Positions 62,438-64,000 of a stretch of DNA of 64,000 bases are shown piece after piece; positions within the stretch are counted from its first letter, which is position 1, and each line of letters opens with the position of its first letter. The position numbers were made by a program, and so were the translations under genes. The DNA comes from Bacteroidales bacterium (GTDB lineage: Bacteria > Bacteroidota > Bacteroidia > Bacteroidales > VadinHA17). The stretch is from the NCBI GenBank assembly GCA_035530515.1, contig DATKUO010000136.1, positions 5,758-69,757 of the forward strand, read 5' to 3'. The notes below the pieces were generated by a model that saw nothing but the letters and a program-made list of their open reading frames with translations, was not told the DNA's origin and made no database searches.

Positions 62438-64000
62438 ATGACATCTCTACGAAAAACAAAGAGCATAATTACTCTTAGCTGTATTCTTCTTTTCAACTAC
62501 ACATTTACCCTTCAGGCTCAAAGCCTGTCCGAAATTGAATCTCACCGGGTTTCTCTGCCAAACGGATGGAGTTTGACACCTGTTGGAAATACTCTGCCTC
62601 TCGGTGATTTACCTCTTAATATTGCTCTTTCGCCTTCAAAGAAACTGGCAGCCATTACTAACAACGGGCAAAGTGATCAGACTATCCAGCTTGTAGATAT
62701 TGAAAAAGAAGTAATACTCGATTCAATCATTATAGGAAAAGCATGGTTGGGGATTACATTTTCAGATGATGGCAAATATTTGTATGCATCTGGCGGAAAT
62801 GACAATATTATAATCCGTTATGCAATAATAAATAACCACCTTGCAATATTTGACTCAATAAGAATTGGGAAACGCTGGCCTGAAAAAATATCTATTGCAG
62901 GACTGGCACTGGATGATGCTAAAAACAGACTGTATGTTGTAACTAAGGAGGATAACTCCCTCTATGTTATTGATATACAATCTAAAAAAGTACTGTCGCA
63001 ACATCCTTTGGGAGGAGAAGGTTATACCTGCATCTTATCTCCTGACCATAAAACCCTCTATATTTCTTGCTGGGGTGGTGATAAAATTGTTCTGTTTAAT
63101 ACCAATCAGCTGAAGATCACCGGTTCAATTGCCGTTGGCGATAATCCAAATGATTTATGCATTACAAAAAAAGGTGATTACCTGTTCGTAGCAAATGCAA
63201 ATGATAACACAGTATCAGTAATTGAAACACACCAAAAGAAAGTTATCGAGACACTCAATTCGGCTCTCTATCCTGATTCTCCTGCCGGATCAACAACAAA
63301 CAGTGTGGCCCTGAGTACCGACGATAAAACCCTTTTCATTGCCAATGCTGATAATAATTGCCTTGCGGTATTTGATGTGAGTATTCCAGGATCAGGAAAA
63401 AGCAGAGGATTTATACCAACCGCATGGTATCCAACCTGTGTGAGAATTGCAAAAAATAAAATTCTTGTAAGTAACGGAAAAGGATTATCCTCCCTGGCAA
63501 ATCCATTTGGCCCAAATCCTAATAGAAAAGGTGAAGAGGTAATTTACCAGGCCGGAGATAAGGAACATAAAATAAAGGAACAATATATCGGCGGCCTGTT
63601 CCGTGGAACCCTGAATATTCTGAATGCTCCTGATGATAGCCAGATGGCTCTCTACTCAAAGGCTGTATATAATAACACTCCTTATATCAAAAACAAAGAG
63701 CTGATTTCTGAAGGAGAAGCAAATAATCCTATACCACAGAAGGTAGGCGATCCTTCTCCAATTAAGTATATATTTTATGTCATCAAGGAAAATCGTACTT
63801 ACGACCAGGTACTGGGAGATATTCCTGAAGGTAATGGGGATACTAATCTTGTTCTCTTTGGCGAAAACATAACCCCGAACCAGCATGCCATTGCCCGTGA
63901 ATTTGTTTTATTTGACAATTTCTATGTTAATGGAGAGGTTAGCGCCGATGGCCATAACTGGACTATGGGTGCCTATGCTACAGATTTCCTGGAGAAGACA
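62438..64000 (+). CDS. YncE-like beta-propeller fused to a phosphoesterase (PLC/AcpA-family) domain; C-terminus off window
   Basis: Not in the ORF track; the frame is open from the ATG at 62438 to the window end. It has a signal peptide and repeated propeller-like segments (..DDGKYLYASGGNDN.., ..LYVVTKEDNSLYVID.., ..FVANANDNTVSVIE..). Then comes IKYIFYVIKENRTYDQVLGD...ADGHNWTMGAYATDF. Confidence 0.7.
   Translation, partial: MTSLRKTKSIITLSCILLFNYTFTLQAQSLSEIESHRVSLPNGWSLTPVGNTLPLGDLPLNIALSPSKKLAAITNNGQSDQTIQLVDIEKEVILDSIIIGKAWLGITFSDDGKYLYASGGNDNIIIRYAIINNHLAIFDSIRIGKRWPEKISIAGLALDDAKNRLYVVTKEDNSLYVIDIQSKKVLSQHPLGGEGYTCILSPDHKTLYISCWGGDKIVLFNTNQLKITGSIAVGDNPNDLCITKKGDYLFVANANDNTVSVIETHQKKVIETLNSALYPDSPAGSTTNSVALSTDDKTLFIANADNNCLAVFDVSIPGSGKSRGFIPTAWYPTCVRIAKNKILVSNGKGLSSLANPFGPNPNRKGEEVIYQAGDKEHKIKEQYIGGLFRGTLNILNAPDDSQMALYSKAVYNNTPYIKNKELISEGEANNPIPQKVGDPSPIKYIFYVIKENRTYDQVLGDIPEGNGDTNLVLFGENITPNQHAIAREFVLFDNFYVNGEVSADGHNWTMGAYATDFLEKT

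Overview
All calls are made by eye from motifs in the translations and from reading the DNA; no database search or folding program was run. The window looks like a chromosomal segment of a Bacteroidota bacterium. Supporting signs are a T9SS C-terminal sorting domain, a UpxY-type antiterminator, and TAnnTTTG -7 promoter boxes 12-75 nt upstream of many start codons. No rRNA, tRNA, CRISPR array, transposase or integrase was recognised. The window falls into three parts.

(i) 1-15.7 kb: a minus-strand capsule/EPS operon. It carries Wzc, Wza, a GT2 plus GT-C pair, a DegT aminotransferase, an LbH acetyltransferase and two FdtA-like cupins. It is interrupted by small toxin-antitoxin-like genes, an AlbA_2 regulator-like gene and decayed wzm/wzt remnants.

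(ii) 15.8-34.4 kb: an accessory island. It holds three DUF4143-type AAA ATPases, two AbiE pairs, MNT/HepT, HicAB, HipBA, DUF4160/DUF2442, a cytoplasmic C1 peptidase with a lipoprotein partner, and a T9SS beta-helix protein. Many of these genes are truncated, frameshifted or internally deleted. The island sits between a UpxY gene (34.5-35.0 kb) and the operon UpxY would normally head.

(iii) 35-64 kb: mostly housekeeping genes. These are a Wzi-like protein, an initiating sugar transferase, DksA/TraR, a rhodanese, ribE, ubiX, Sir2, ileS, a UXS-like enzyme, dnaG, an alpha-2-macroglobulin/PbpC pair and lipid enzymes.

The most unusual content is non-coding architecture.
(a) Five four-helix-bundle (23S-rRNA-IVS-protein/Avd-like) genes are present. 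Four of them sit inside long inverted repeats built from short 7-16 nt 'stutter words'.
(b) A composite repeat of about 100-250 nt ('R element') recurs seven times in one orientation and delimits the island cassettes. It consists of the 3' end of a small peptide gene, a covarying hairpin terminator, a T-run/A-run and word hairpins.
(c) A nested palindromic repeat family (GGATTGCTTCGTC..TCGCAATGAC) abuts a GIY-YIG nuclease gene and brackets one ATPase gene.
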